DNA from: Mobula hypostoma
Lineage: Eukaryota
Assembly: GCF_963921235.1 (NCBI RefSeq)
Contig: NC_086106.1
Span: 102,362,001 to 102,426,000, forward strand
Direction: 5' to 3'
DNA: 64,000 nucleotides
Shown: positions 13,201 to 26,346 of the stretch, one piece after another
How positions within the stretch are numbered: position 1 is the stretch's first letter
Layout of the letters: every line of letters starts with the position of its first letter
Program-made: the position numbers and the translations under genes
Notes under the pieces: generated by a model
Databases searched by the model: none
The model's input: only the letters and a program-made list of their open reading frames with translations
What the model was told of the DNA's origin: nothing

Positions 13201-16200
13201 AGTAAGAATGGCAGTCTTCCTTCCCTGAAAACCACTGGTGAACCATCAATCCAGTGTAGCTTTAACTTCAGATTTATTTAATTGCTTAGGTTTAAACTTC
13301 GTAGGTGCCAAAGTGAAATTCAAACTCACGTCTCTGGATCAGCGCTCTAGAATTACGTCAATAGATTTCTACTAACAAATATTCACTGTCAGATAGGAAG
13401 GCAGAACTGAAATTAATAGTTCATAATTACTATGAAACATTCAACCCAATGTTTCCTCCGCAGCTCCCAAAAGGAAGATCCCATCAAATCCACTGTCCCT
13501 CATTCCTCCCATAGCCTGTAACTTATTCCCTCTGACATGTCCACCAATTCCCTTTTGATTCCACCTACCAAGTCCAAGGGGTAATTTATGGTAGCCATTT
13601 AACCTACCAACACATCTTTGGCACGTGAAAGAAAACAGGAGCGTTCGTCAAAGACATCCACATACCGCAGGGAAAACAGCAAAATGCCACACAAATGGCA
13701 CCAAGATCGGACATGAACCTGAGCCCCAAGGATCTTACTTCTAGTAGGATGGCAGCATGCTCAAATGCAGTGTCTTTTCAGGGGCCAACCAAAGTTGTTT
13801 TACCTTTTTAAAAATGTCTTTTTTTTGTAAACAGTCACAGATACTGCAGGTCTATCCCAACAGTCAGCTGCACATTGGTGGAGGAGTTGGATGGTGAGGA
13901 CCATGTTACTGCTTGCTACAGGAAGGCACTGGAGTTAATGTGCAAAGGCTATATGTGCCCTTGTGCTGTGTGTGATTGTTGGTACCATGTTTTGCACCCT
14001 CGTCCCAGAGGAATGCTGTTTTCACATGTATTCATGTATGGTTGAATGACAATTAAACCTGAACTTGAACTTGAGAAGGCAACAAAATTAACTGTTGTCC
14101 CACATGCCACTGGCTTTTCATAGGATATTCCATGAAAAACTCCTACAGAGAATCAAGTGACCATCAATATACAGCTAAATGTCAACATCAGCTACAATTC
14201 AAATAATAAATAAAACACTCAATTATATAATCCTTGTTTTTCTAATAGACACTTGATCATGGATCATGCAATAAGTGGGAACTACCCTCAGCCATTCACA
14301 AACAGAAATGAAGAAATGATGAAGTAATTAAATGGTTAATTTGTTACTTGACAGAAGGTACCAAGGACATTCTTCACGTTGCTTCTAATGGTGCCTTGAG
14401 ATTACTAATGCCCTCACAAACAAAGCAGATGGAGCTGCGAGCTAAACATCGGACCAAAAAGACTGCATTGTCAATAACAATGTATCTCATTACTGTGATA
14501 TATTCATCTTTGAAAGTGAAATTGCTGATAAACTATGATTCTGATTCTGTATCCAGAACATTTAATGCAAGAGGGCTACCCACTGGCTCAAACAGCTTGA
14601 TTTTAAAAAAATAGTTATTGCATGGAGTTTTGCTCAAGACTAATCAGGAGTATAGTTGTAAAGTCTACCTTATCCCCTTCCATCTACTGTTCGGCCACTC
14701 TTGGATAGAAGCTGATTCTGAATAAGACCTGAAGTCAACCAGAGTTTAATTGCCTTTGGTGAGAAAAAGTTGCTGGCTGCAAGATGCCTGTGAAGGTTTA
14801 GGTAAAAATGCTTTTCAGGATACCCTGAAGTTTGTCCATGCTGGTTTCTCAAGAAAATGCAAAAAATCTGCAAATCACTCTTGTTCTTAATTCTTTAGGC
14901 TTGAAAACTCCAGTTATATGTGTCAATATGCCCAAAGTCTAATGACAATATAATTGCCAATTATTGTAAGTAAAACCATTTCAAGTTCATTTTAGGTTTA
15001 TTTTAAGTTTAGCTTTCAACTAAAGTTCATGAAAGCAACTGAACAAGATTTGTGAATTGCTTTGCAATTTAAAATATTTAAAAAATCCCATGTGTTTAGT
15101 TTCTTCATTGTATCAAAATGACAGTCACTTTGAAAGGACCGTTAAGTAGGACACGTGCCTCAGTGATATTACTTTGATTCTTTCTAAATTAATTGTTAAT
15201 CTAATATTTTTTCATTTCCCTCTTCATTTTATACAGTGTCAGTTGATTACCCCCTGAATGATGAATCCTCTTGCCAGTCTGCAGAACATGCTTTTAAATT
15301 CTATTGCTAATAACACTGCATAGAATTATAATGAAGGCCTTAGGTAGTGTTAGCAGAGCTGTGCAAGGTATATTTTTTAAATTAAGCGGATTGGTTTACA
15401 GAGAGGAGGACAATAAAATACATTTAAAAAATTAGCTTTGCTGCATTATAAATAATTTACAGCATGGACCATGTGAACACTAGATGAACTTGATTGCACA
15501 AAATTAATACATTTATTAAATATTTGCCTTATGGTTAATGTATTACAGTTAAAATTATCAGGTGACCTGAATGCTCCACACTTAATGCAGGTCTTAGGAC
15601 AGTATTTATGGATTGACGTTGTCAAACAAAATGTAAGAGTGAGAATTGTTTTGTGATTGGTATTTACTCAAGCTTGACTTTACCTTGACAATATAAAAAA
15701 AAGTTGTGTATTTTAAATTTCTGGTTTTCTAAAATGGCTTCTTGATTATTGAAGGACACAGATGAGAGATCTCCCTTCATATATTTTTAAACCAATTTAC
15801 ACAATATTCTTTTTGTTGAATGAAAACAAAGGAGAATTTTCAATAAGGTCAGTAATACTTTCTTTGGAAAGGTAAGGTAAAATTTAATGCTGAATTGTTC
15901 ACATTGGTAGAACATTCCTGGTAGCAACTGCCTTCACCAGGGTCAGATCTTTTAATTAAAAAGAAAAGTACAGTGTGCAACTTCAACCCAACTCAAATCC
16001 ATCCATTTCACACCCAACTGAATTTTCTCTTCACCAGGAAGTAAATTTAAACAAGTTATAAACACAGGGATTGATTCAATCTCAACTTTGTTTTGCTGCT
16101 ACCTTAGGCTAAAGTGGCTCAGGAAATTCTGTACGTAATAGATGATTACTTTTTAATTAAGTGGTCTATAATACTCTATTCCAGTATGCAAGGATAGAGT

Positions 16201-17089
16201 GATTAGCTACAGAAATGCCATGAATGACATGACAAACATTTGAACACATATGGCAAGTAACAACTTTTAGACATTGACTATAGAGTACATTGATAGTATC
16301 ATCTATTGACATTGACCTATTGCAGGGGTAGAGCGCCAAGGATATCAGCAGCAGCAGGTCCTGCCCAAGTCATCCTTCTATGCGTGGGAATCATTGAAAT
16401 AGATCGTTTGACAATTGATTTCACCTCAAGAAAGTCCAATTGTGCTCAAATAATGTCTATACATTTTTACTTGCCGCAGGGTACAACCACCAATGGGAAT
16501 TTTGGCTGATCATTTCCTTCATAATTCACAGCTCTTGTACAACTGTAATGCTCATGTCTGTGCCACTGTAATTTAGGGCAGGGCAATGATCAATACCGGA
16601 ACTCTACAGGTTCCTTAAGAGCTTATCCATTTTGCTCTCAATTATCTTTACAATTTTAACACATTGCCCTACTAATGGAACTGATCATAAAAGACAGGCA
16701 GCTACCATAAGTAAATTCACACAATGATAAATAGGAAAAGTAGCTGGAAAAGTGGTAGTGTAGCTGAGGGAAATAAAGGGGCATCACTGAAGAAGTACTG
16801 GAGCATCAAGTGGTGATTATCAGGGACAGGATATAGCAACATGCCTGCAAAAACGTCTAATACATCAAGCAAAGTTAAAGACAAATTGGACACCAATTTA
16901 AAGGTAGTTTGGTCAATTCACCAGTTTTTGCTTACTTAGCACCTTTCACATCAGTAAACATAAAGGATCTCACCAGTAGATGCAAGGTATCTTTGGAGTT
17001 CTTTTTAAAAGGTATGAATTGAGCTATTTGAAGTTGCTGGAAGTCACGTAGGTTCAATATTCTGGTGTTAAGTAGCATGTAATATTTAT

Positions 17090-17780
17090 GCCACAGAAGT
17101 GCAAGATGATGACCATCTCTAATAAGTGAAGGACTAACTGCAGTCCAGGACCTTGCCATCTACCACCATCAATATTTTAGGTATAATCATTGATCAGAAA
17201 CTCAGCTGGACCAGCCAGATAAATACCATGGCTATAAAGGTAGATCAGTTCCTCAGTATCCTGCAGCTAATGAGTCATCTTCTGACACCCCAAAGTCCTT
17301 CCACTATCTGCAAGGTACAGGTCAGGAGCGTGTTGAAATATCTCTATTTGCCTGGATAGATATAGCACCAACAGCTCTCAAGAAATTCAATACCACCCAG
17401 CAAAAGACAGCTTACTTGACTGGAACCCTATCAATCATCCTAAACATTAATAGCCTTCATCTCCAGTGATTTACAACTAGACTGTGCACCATATACAAAA
17501 GACCATTACTTGCACAGGCTACTCCAAAATAGGCAAGGGCTATAGGTGCATTAGAAAACCACCACCTGTGGCTCCAAATCACACAACATACTGACTTGTT
17601 AATGTTTCATCAATTCTTTACTGGAGCTGGGTCCAAATCCTGGAACTGCATTACAGCCCTGTTGGAATACCTTCACCACAAAGACTGCAGTAATTCAAGT
17701 AGGTAGCTCACCGCGACCTACGAGGGCAATTTAGATGTGCAACCTTGACTTACCAATGATCTTGAAAATGAATAAAAACA
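17090..17780 (+). mobile_element. CR1/L2-group LINE 3' fragment
   Basis: ILGIIIDQKLSWTSQINTMA...HLLTPQSPSTICKVQVRSVLKY, an RT C-terminal thumb-type segment; ends near AATAAAAA. Confidence 0.75.
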
Positions 17781-19139
17781 GACATTGCTGCACTAGGGGT
17801 ACTACTTCTTTAAGGATAATACTACGTGACTAACAGTGTGTGTAGGAATTTCCAAGAAGATGTCTGAGTAGCTCTTGGATAAAACGAGCATACTTTGTTT
17901 TGAACTTCTCTGAAACTGCAGTAATCAAACTTGTAAGGCGACCTGACAAATTACCCATGAGATTATATGCTTTTAGAATAAATTTGAGCTGTTTCAAGTA
18001 CAAAGGGAATAGATGTGTTAATCATACAGGGGCTTTACCATTACCATCACATCTTACCAGAGAAATTCTCTGAACTTTTAAAGGTTCAATTTCATTTGAT
18101 TGAAATACTACATTCTACTTGGAGCAAGTTTTCCAGAGAAAATACAAAAGGAAAATGTTGCCTGGTTTAAAGTTAAGGAACTGTTCTGGTCCACATATTG
18201 TGAATACTTCCTTTACTGTAACCCAGACAATTCACCAACCAAAATTACGAGAAACTAATACTCTAAGGTACCTGCCAAATTTGCACTGAGTAGCTTTTAG
18301 GCATTAACCAAAATGTTCTCAGGATGGTTTACCCTTGCATTCTCTTTTCCTTCTGAAAAGTATCTTGCTCAAATTCACTGCAGAGGAGGACATCAATCCA
18401 TCTATATCACAATGTGTTGTTAGGCTGCCGAAGTTATTCCATGTTTTCACAGTCTGTGGTACTTGTGATACCCATGAATTAAAAGGTTGTGTTTTAGCAA
18501 CATACACATTTGAAAGTTATTATCTGTTTTTGCGTTTCAACAATTACTACACAATTGAAGAGGATTAAGATTTGTTTGAACAGAATGCACAGTGAAATTG
18601 AGCTATGCACTTTCTTAATAAATACATCAGCTTATTTAATAAAGTTAGGGAGTGAATTTAAAAAAATCATACCATTGTGTTGAACAGTTCATACTAATAT
18701 CACACTGGCATGATTTTGCTCTAATTAAATACTGACTGCAGAAAATGGTAATAACTCAACTGTTAACATATTCAGCTGTTAATATTGCACAGCGTGACTT
18801 CATCAAATAATTTGGAATAGGATATTTTAATAAAGTTACTTTGAAGAATATTTCAACACAATTAGTTAGCAAGTTTTGGTTAAAGATTAATATAGCATTG
18901 AATTACCAGGCCAAATGTTGCTGCGTCAGGGTGTCCAATGTTGTGACTTGCCCACTTACATTGAGTCTGTTATGTGGAAGGTCAATGAAGGTGCAGTTGA
19001 TCATCTTTTAGTAACCATCTGGTCCCAAGCAGAGGGGCAAGCATCGCCACAAACAATCAGATGGAACGATTGTAACACTAGAGGTTTGAGTAGAGTGGCA
19101 ATCTGGCTTTATAACCCAGTTGGTAAACCAGAGATCCAG

Positions 19140-19425
19140 ATCAGGGTGGTATGATAGCATAGCAGTTAGTGTAATGCTATTACAGTGTCAGCGATTGGGG
19201 ATCAATTCCACTAGTGACTGCAAGAAGTTCGCAGCTCCTCCTGTGACTGAGTGGGTGTTCTTCAGGTACATTCCAGGAGAAGTACAGGATTAGGGTTAGT
19301 AAGTTAATGCTAGGTTGACACTGGAAGCATGGTGACATTTGTGGGCTGCCTCCTAGCACATCCTCAGTATTGGTTGTTGATGGAAACAATGCACGTTTTA
19401 ATATTTTGATGCACATATTACAAAT
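19140..19425 (+). mobile_element. tRNA-derived V-SINE-like element
   Basis: GGTGG..GATAGCATAGCAGTTAG...GGGGATCAATTCC head plus V-domain-like core. Confidence 0.6.
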
Positions 19426-19799
19426 GTACAGTGCAGGGTCAAGGCAGAATTGCTTAAAACGTCCTTAGCAATGGGTTAACTGCCAGTTTCCATTCCTTCC
19501 CCTCCCCCTTGTATTCTGTCTGCTGCCCTTTTCCTTTCCAGTCCCGATGACTGCGGCCCAAAGCAGCAACTGTTTTATTCCCTTCCATAGAAGCTCCCTG
19601 ATATCTTGACATTTTGTGCGTGTTGCGTTCCAAAGAGCATGGTAAGCTTACCCAAAAAGCTGTGATATGTGCTATTCCCATGCTTTGACAATAGTGGCAG
19701 CATATGACATAACTAATGATCCCACATGCCAAGAAAATACTGAATCATACAGCTCTGCCTGGCAGTAAACAGCTGGAATACTAATTGCTGGTGGTAGAT

Positions 19800-20365
19800 C
19801 ATGAATATTTGAAATTGTATAAAATGTTATGTTGAAATTGGATAAGACCTAATTGGATGAGAACTGATTTGGAGCACTGTATGCAGTTCTAGTCATGTAC
19901 CTACAGGAAAGATGCCAGTAAGATAGAAAGAACACAGAAAAAAATTGCAAGGATGTTGCCGGGATTGGAGGACCTAAGCTACAGGGAAAGACTGAATAGA
20001 CTAGAACTTTATCAACTGGAGTTGAGGAGGTATACAAAATTATAAGGGGTATAGGTATCAAGCAGGCTTTTTACACTTAAGTTGGGTGAGACTGGAATTA
20101 GAGGTCGTGGGTTAAGGGTGAAAGGTGAAATATTTAAGAGGTACCTGAGGAGGAACTTTTTCCACTCTGAGGGTGATGAGTGTGGACCAAGCTGGAAGTG
20201 GAAGTGGTGGACACTGGCTCAATTTCAACATTTAAGAGAAATTTCAATAGGTATGTGGATGGGAGGGTATGGAGGGCTATGGTTCAATTGTAGGTCGATG
20301 GCTTCAGCATGGAGTAGATGGGCTGAAAGGTACTATATGTTTCTCTACTGTAGTGCTCAATGACT
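19800..20365 (+). mobile_element. CR1 3' fragment
   Basis: LYKML..LEHCMQF..; GETGIRGRGLRVKGEIFKRYLRRNFF. Confidence 0.8.
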
Positions 20366-21069
20366 GTATTTGCATCTTCTGCAATAGATCTGTTTACAAT
20401 GCAAAGCTGAAGTGTTTTATCCATTTTCAGTCAGAACTGCCAAGCAGATGACAGATCTTAATCCATTCGGAGGACCCCATTATTATTGACGACTGATTTC
20501 AATCAACATCAGGAAAAGGATGAGGGTGCTACAAACTGCAAAGACAATGCTACATCTTATTGTTGAAGCCATGTCTGCAGCCAAACCTTTCTGGTATTGT
20601 CCTAACAAAAGCATTTGCTCAGTAATGTGCAGATTGCCCAGGTATACCCCAATTGAACGCAAGACAGATCTAATCTGGGCTAAATACTGTCCTGTCAGTT
20701 CACTGACAATCAACAAGTGGCTGTTGCTGAATTATATGAGTGAAGTGGATGGCTACTCCATTGCTCTTGACATGAGGACATTAGTAGGGCATTAAGCAGG
20801 CCTAGTGAATCCAGCTGGCTCCTTGCATGTTTTCCATCCATGCTGGGTTGAGCGTCGAGCTAGCAACTCAGCCTCGTAAAACAAAAAAAAACAGACAAAT
20901 GCTAAAGCAGCAGCAAGGTTGCCACCTGATGTGCCACGAAGCGTGGAGAGGAAAAGCAAGCAGCCCTAGTAGGGGTGAAGTCAATAGGAATCAAAGGAAC
21001 ACATCACTAGTCAGGTACAAGGAAGGTGGGGGCCAAGACGTTGCTCCAACGGTTCCTCAAAGTACAGTC

Positions 21070-21502
21070 TGACACAGTCCAGTCCATCACACGCAAAGCC
21101 CTCCTCACCATTGAGCAAATCTAGAAGGAGCACGATCATATCACCCAGGCCATGCTCTCTTCTCACCGCTGCCATCAGGAAGGAGGTACAGGAGCCGCAG
21201 TTCCCACACCTCCAGGTTCAGGAACAGTTATTACCCTGGAGTGGGTAACTTCACTTACGCCAATACTGAACAGAATCCACATCCTACGGACTTAATTTCA
21301 AGGACTTTACGACCCAGTATCTCAATTTTCTTTTTTATATTTGCACCCTTGTCTTTTGTGCATTGGATTTATCCGTCTTTGTTATGCGCAGTTTTTCAAT
21401 GATTCTATTGTGTTTTTTGTAATTACTGTGAATGCCCACAAGAAAATGATTCTCAGGATAGTATATGGTGACATATGCTCTTGATAGTAAATTTACTTTG
21501 AA
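21070..21502 (+). mobile_element. Rex1/Babar LINE 3' fragment
   Basis: HPGHALFSPLPSGRRYRS...TSRFRNSY motif and TTTACTTTGAA tail, shared with 44990-45430. Confidence 0.75.
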
Positions 21503-21739
21503 AGCCAACCTCTTGCTTTATAGTCATGAGGTCAGACAAAAGGATGTTTGTTGATTCAGAGTTCACGACATAAACTAGAACAGGTAAATTCAGTGCCAAA
21601 TCAGTGCAGAAAGTGAAATTTTGGATTTATAGATAGAGGGAAAGCTAAAAATAAAGGGAATCTTCTTACTTTATTAACATTTATTGAGATTCCACATTAT
21701 TCAAAAATAAATGTCAGAAATATTGCATACAAATTTGCC

Positions 21740-23815
21740 ACAGATTAGGTGTAGATGACTGGAAGAAGCAAACAATGGTACCTTTATCACAAAGGGCAGC
21801 AGGTATAGGACAGGTAATTATAAGCCAATAATTCTAATGTCAGGAGGCAGTGGGGAAATTATTGGGAAAAAATTCAAAGGGACAGGGTTAATTGACACTT
21901 GGTAAAACAGGGATTGATCAGGAATAGCCAGCATGGATTTGTTGATGGGTGATCCTGTTCAACTATTTTAATTGACTTTTTAAAAATAGTAACTAGATGT
22001 ATTGATGAAGACAATGTAGATGATGTGTCTTGCATGACTTCTGTTAAGGCCTTTGACAAGGTCACACATGGAAAGCTAGTCTAGTAGCATAGAGTGCATG
22101 AGATCCAAATTGGCAAATCAGATTCAAAATTGGCATAGACAGGATAGTGGATGGAGGCTGGTGGCTTTTGTCAGGATGTCTGTGAACAGCAGTGTATCAT
22201 AAGGGGGGGGGGTGCTGGGGTAATTATTGTTTGTTCATTTGTTACATTGATACTTAGATATGGATATAGGAGTCACGGAGGGCTTAGTACAAGTTTATAA
22301 ACCACTAGGTAGGAAACAGCCGGAACATTTTATTCAGCTCTGGTCACTGTGCTATAATATGGATGTAGCTGCAGAGATTTATCAAAATGTCACCTAGCAT
22401 GGAACATTTCAGTTATGAGGAGTGACTACACCATTGGAGTTTGTTTTCTTTGAAGTGGAGTAGATTGGGGAGGGGCAGTGAACTTGATAGAGCTGTACAT
22501 AGTTAGGAGTGTTATAAATAGAGTAGATTGCAGTTAAGTATATGGCAAGAATCACAGGAAGAACGTTTTTTCCACACAAAGGTTGGTTGAAGCCACATAT
22601 GCACTGTCTGAGAAAGTAGTAGAGGCACATAACCTTACAGCATTTAAAGCAGCATCTGGATATGCAGTGTCCTCACTCACCTGGAGAAGAGGGATGCATA
22701 CGTTAGAATGCTGTTCCTGGACTACAATTCAACACTCAACACCATAATTCCCTCTAGACTGGACATGATGCTCAGAGACCTGGGCCTGCACCCCACCTTG
22801 TGCAGTTGGATCCGAGACTTATCGGATTGCCAACAGGTGGCAAGGATGGGCTCCCTCACCTCTGCCCATCTGACCATCAACATAGGTGCCCCCAGGGTTG
22901 TGTCCTGATCCCCTCCTCGACTCCCTTTATATCCATGACTATACAGCCACACACAGCTCCAATCTGCTGATCAAATTCACAGATGACACAACTTTGATCG
23001 GCCTTATTTCTAGTCGTAATGAGACAGCCTACAGAGGAGAGGTTGACACCCTGACACAGTGGTGCCAGGATAACAACCTCACCCTCATTGTCCAAAAGCA
23101 AAAGAGCTGATTGTGGATTACAGGAGGAACAGAGACAGGCTTGGCCCGATCAACTTTAATGGGTCTGCAGCTGAGAGGTTGAGTAGTTTCAAGTTCCTTG
23201 GTATACACATCACCAAAATCTCACCTGGACTGTACATACCAGCTTTGTGGCAAAAAGCGCACAACAGTATCTCTTCCACCTCAGGTGACTGAAGTAGTTC
23301 AGCATGGGCCCCCAAATCCTTCTACAGGGGCACCATTGAGAACATAGCTGTATCACTGCCTTGTATGGAAACTGCACCAACCTTGATCGCTGTGCACTTC
23401 AGAGAGTGGTACGGAGAGCCCAGTGCATCTGTGGATGTGAATTTCCCCCCATTAACAATATTTATAGCAGCAGGTGCAGAAAGAAGGCCTGGAAGATCAT
23501 CGGGTCTCCAGTCACCCCAACCATAAACTGTTTCAGCTGTTTCCATCTGGCTAGCACTACCACAGCAGTAAAGCCAGGACCAACAGGCTACGGGACATCT
23601 TCTTTCCATAAGCCATTAGATTTTTAAATTCACATGTCTGTACATTACATACAGTCACAACACAATGATTTTAATTCCCTCACATTGTGGGATGGCTGTA
23701 AGATTTAAATAAATTTTAAACTCACTAGAACTGTCCAGGTATAGTGGGCTGTGGACCAAGTGCTAGTAAATTGGATTAGTGGGCTGAAGAGTATTTCTGT
23801 CACCATGACTTTATA
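21740..23815 (+). mobile_element. Old CR1 remnant (21740-22664 + 23721-23815) split by a Rex1 insertion
   Basis: Degenerate QHGF, KAFDKV.H motifs; the CR1 3' end resumes after 23720. Confidence 0.65.
22665..23720 (+). mobile_element. Rex1/Babar LINE, 5'-truncated, decayed RT
   Basis: MLFLDYNSTLNTIIPSRL, LIKFTDDTTLIGLIS, YGNCTNLDRCALQRVVRRAQ; same subfamily as 38027-39325. Confidence 0.9.
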
Positions 23816-24516
23816 ATTACATTCATTAAATATAGACGTAAAAAGTACATGACTTTCATATCCATTGAACCATCACCGTAACCTTGCATCATTCAATGCA
23901 TTTGGTGATGATGCCCTACAACCAAAGAAACTTGCCACAATTGTTCCCTCATAAATCCATTGATATCAAATATCTGTAATACTTTTGTCTGTTTCAATAA
24001 TTGGATCTGCAATTAGTTTGTTAATTTTAAATGAAAAATGAATGTTATATTTCACAGTTAACCATTAACTTACATTAGAGATGTTAAACAAAATCTTATA
24101 TATACACACACACATAAGTATACACATATACATACACACACAACTTGCTCAAAACTGATTAACCAGTATCTCTGCTGTCAGAATCCGGATGAACAAAGTA
24201 AGTCCAACTCTAAAATATACTCAATCTAGATACTAAGTTCTACACAACCACTTTATAAAATTCTGAATAAATAACTGTATTTCGTTTTCACTGGAGTCAA
24301 TTTCATTGACGCATTCCTTCATTGAGATGTTAATTACCATGTCAAAACATTTCATTGTATGTAAGGCTTTCTAATATGTGCAAGTTTTATTTTATATACA
24401 AGGCTTTCTGATAAATACACTGTGATAAGCTCACTAATAACAAACCTCATTTTTAAACAAAATTTATCACAGGGCACATAATAAATATAAAGAAAATATT
24501 TGAAAATATAAAGAGC

Positions 24517-26346
24517 ATCATAAGACCATAAGTCAAAGGAGCAGAAGTAGGCCATTCGGCCCATCGAGTCTGCTCTGCCATTTTATCATGAGCTGATCCA
24601 TTTTATCCTATTTAATCCCACTGCCCCGCCTTCTCACCATAACCTTTGATGCCCTGGCTAGTCAGATACCTATCAATCTCTGCCTTAAATACACCCAATG
24701 ACTTGGCCTCCACTGCTGCCCGTGGCAACAAATTCCATAGATTCACCACCCTCTGACTAAAAAATTTTTTTCGCATTTCTGTTCTGAAAGGGCACCCTTC
24801 AATCCTGAAGTCATGCCCTCTCGTACTAGACTCCCCCATCATGGGAAACAACTTTGCCACATCCACTCTGTCCATGCCTTTTAACATTCGAAATGTTTCT
24901 ATGAGGTCTCCCCTCATTCTTCTAAACTCCAAGGAATACAGTCCAAGAGCGGACAAACGTTCCTCATATGTTAACCCTCTCATTCCCGGAATCATTCTAG
25001 TGAATCTTCTCTGTACCCTCTCCAACGTCAGCGCATCCTTTCTTAAATAAGGAGACCAAAACTGTCCACAGTACTCCAAGTGAAGTCTCACCAGCGCCTT
25101 ATAGAGCCTCAACATCACATCCCTGCTCCTATACTCTATTCCTCTAGAAATGAATGCCAACATTGCATTCGCCTTCTTCACTACCGACTCAACCTGGAGG
25201 TTAACTTTAAGGGAATCCTGTACGAGGACTCCCAAGTCCCGTTGCATCTCAGAACTTTGAATTCTTTCCCCATTTAAATAGTCTGCCCGTTTATTTTTTC
25301 TGCCAAAGTGCATAACCATACACTTTCCAACATTGTACTTCATTTGCCACTTCTCTGCCCATTCTTCCAATCTATCCAAGTCTCTCTGCAGACTCTCCGT
25401 TTCCTCAGCACTACCGGCCCCTCCACCTATCTTCGTATTGTCAGCAAACTTAGCCACAAAGCCATCTATTCCATAATCCAAATCGTTGATGTACAATGTA
25501 AAAAGAAGCGGCCCCAACACTGATCCCTGTGGAACACCACTGGTAACCGGCAGCCAACCAGAATAGGATCCATTTATTCCCACTCTCTGTTTCCTGCCAA
25601 TCAGCCAACGCTCTATCCACATATGTAACTTTCCTGTAATTCCATGGGCTGTTATCTTGTTAAGCAGCCTCATGTGTGGCACCTTGTCAAAGGCCTTCTG
25701 AAAATCCAAATATACAACATCCACTGCATCTCTCTTGTCTAGCCTACTGGTAATTTCCTCAAAAAATTGTAATAGGTTTGTCAGGCAGGATTTTCCTTTA
25801 AGGAATCCATGCTGAGTTCTGCCTATCTTGTCATATGCCTCCAGGTACTCTGTAACCTCATCCTTGACAATCGACTCCAAAAACTTCCCAACCACCAACG
25901 TCAAGCTAACAGGTCTATAATTTCCTTTTTGCTTCCTTGCCCCCTTCTTAAATAGTGGAGTGACATTTGCAATCTTCCAGTCTTCCGGAACCATGCCAGA
26001 ATCTATCGACTTCTGAAAGATCATCGTTAATGCCGCCGCAATCTCCACAGCTACTTCCTTCAGAACACGAGGGTGCATTCCATCTGGTCCAGGAGATTTA
26101 TCTACCTTTAGCCTATTCAGCTTCCTGAGTACTTTCTCTGTCGTAATTGTGACTGCGCACACTTCTCTTCCCTGCCACCCTTGAGTGTCCGGTATCCTGC
26201 TATCTTCCTCAGCGAAGACTGATGCAAAATACTTGTTCAGTTCCTCTGCCATCTCCGCATCTCCCATTACAATTTCTCCAGTATCATTTTCTATCGGTCC
26301 TATACCTACTCTCACCTGTCTTTTACTCTTTATATACTTGAAGAAG
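24517..26346 (-). mobile_element. Young 5'-truncated CR1 LINE with uninterrupted RT ORF (24612..~26345)
   Basis: 585-aa ORF with all RT motifs (PGPDG, NYRPVSLT, QHGF, YLDFQKAFDKVPH, GVPQGSVLGPLLF), but the catalytic motif reads FADN. No endonuclease domain. (TCTTATGG)n-type tail at ~24517-24532. Confidence 0.97.

Noticed and set aside
14668-14790. Possible minus-strand cassette exon / ORF 14670..14873
   Set aside because: No recognisable protein similarity and only mediocre splice signals; unsupported without RNA data.
18319-18507. Possible minus-strand exon (CCTCTGCAG|...AAGG|GTAAAC) as gria exon 3
   Set aside because: No frame resembles the expected AMPAR exon 3 (CSQ.SRGV.AIFG...), and the donor is weak.
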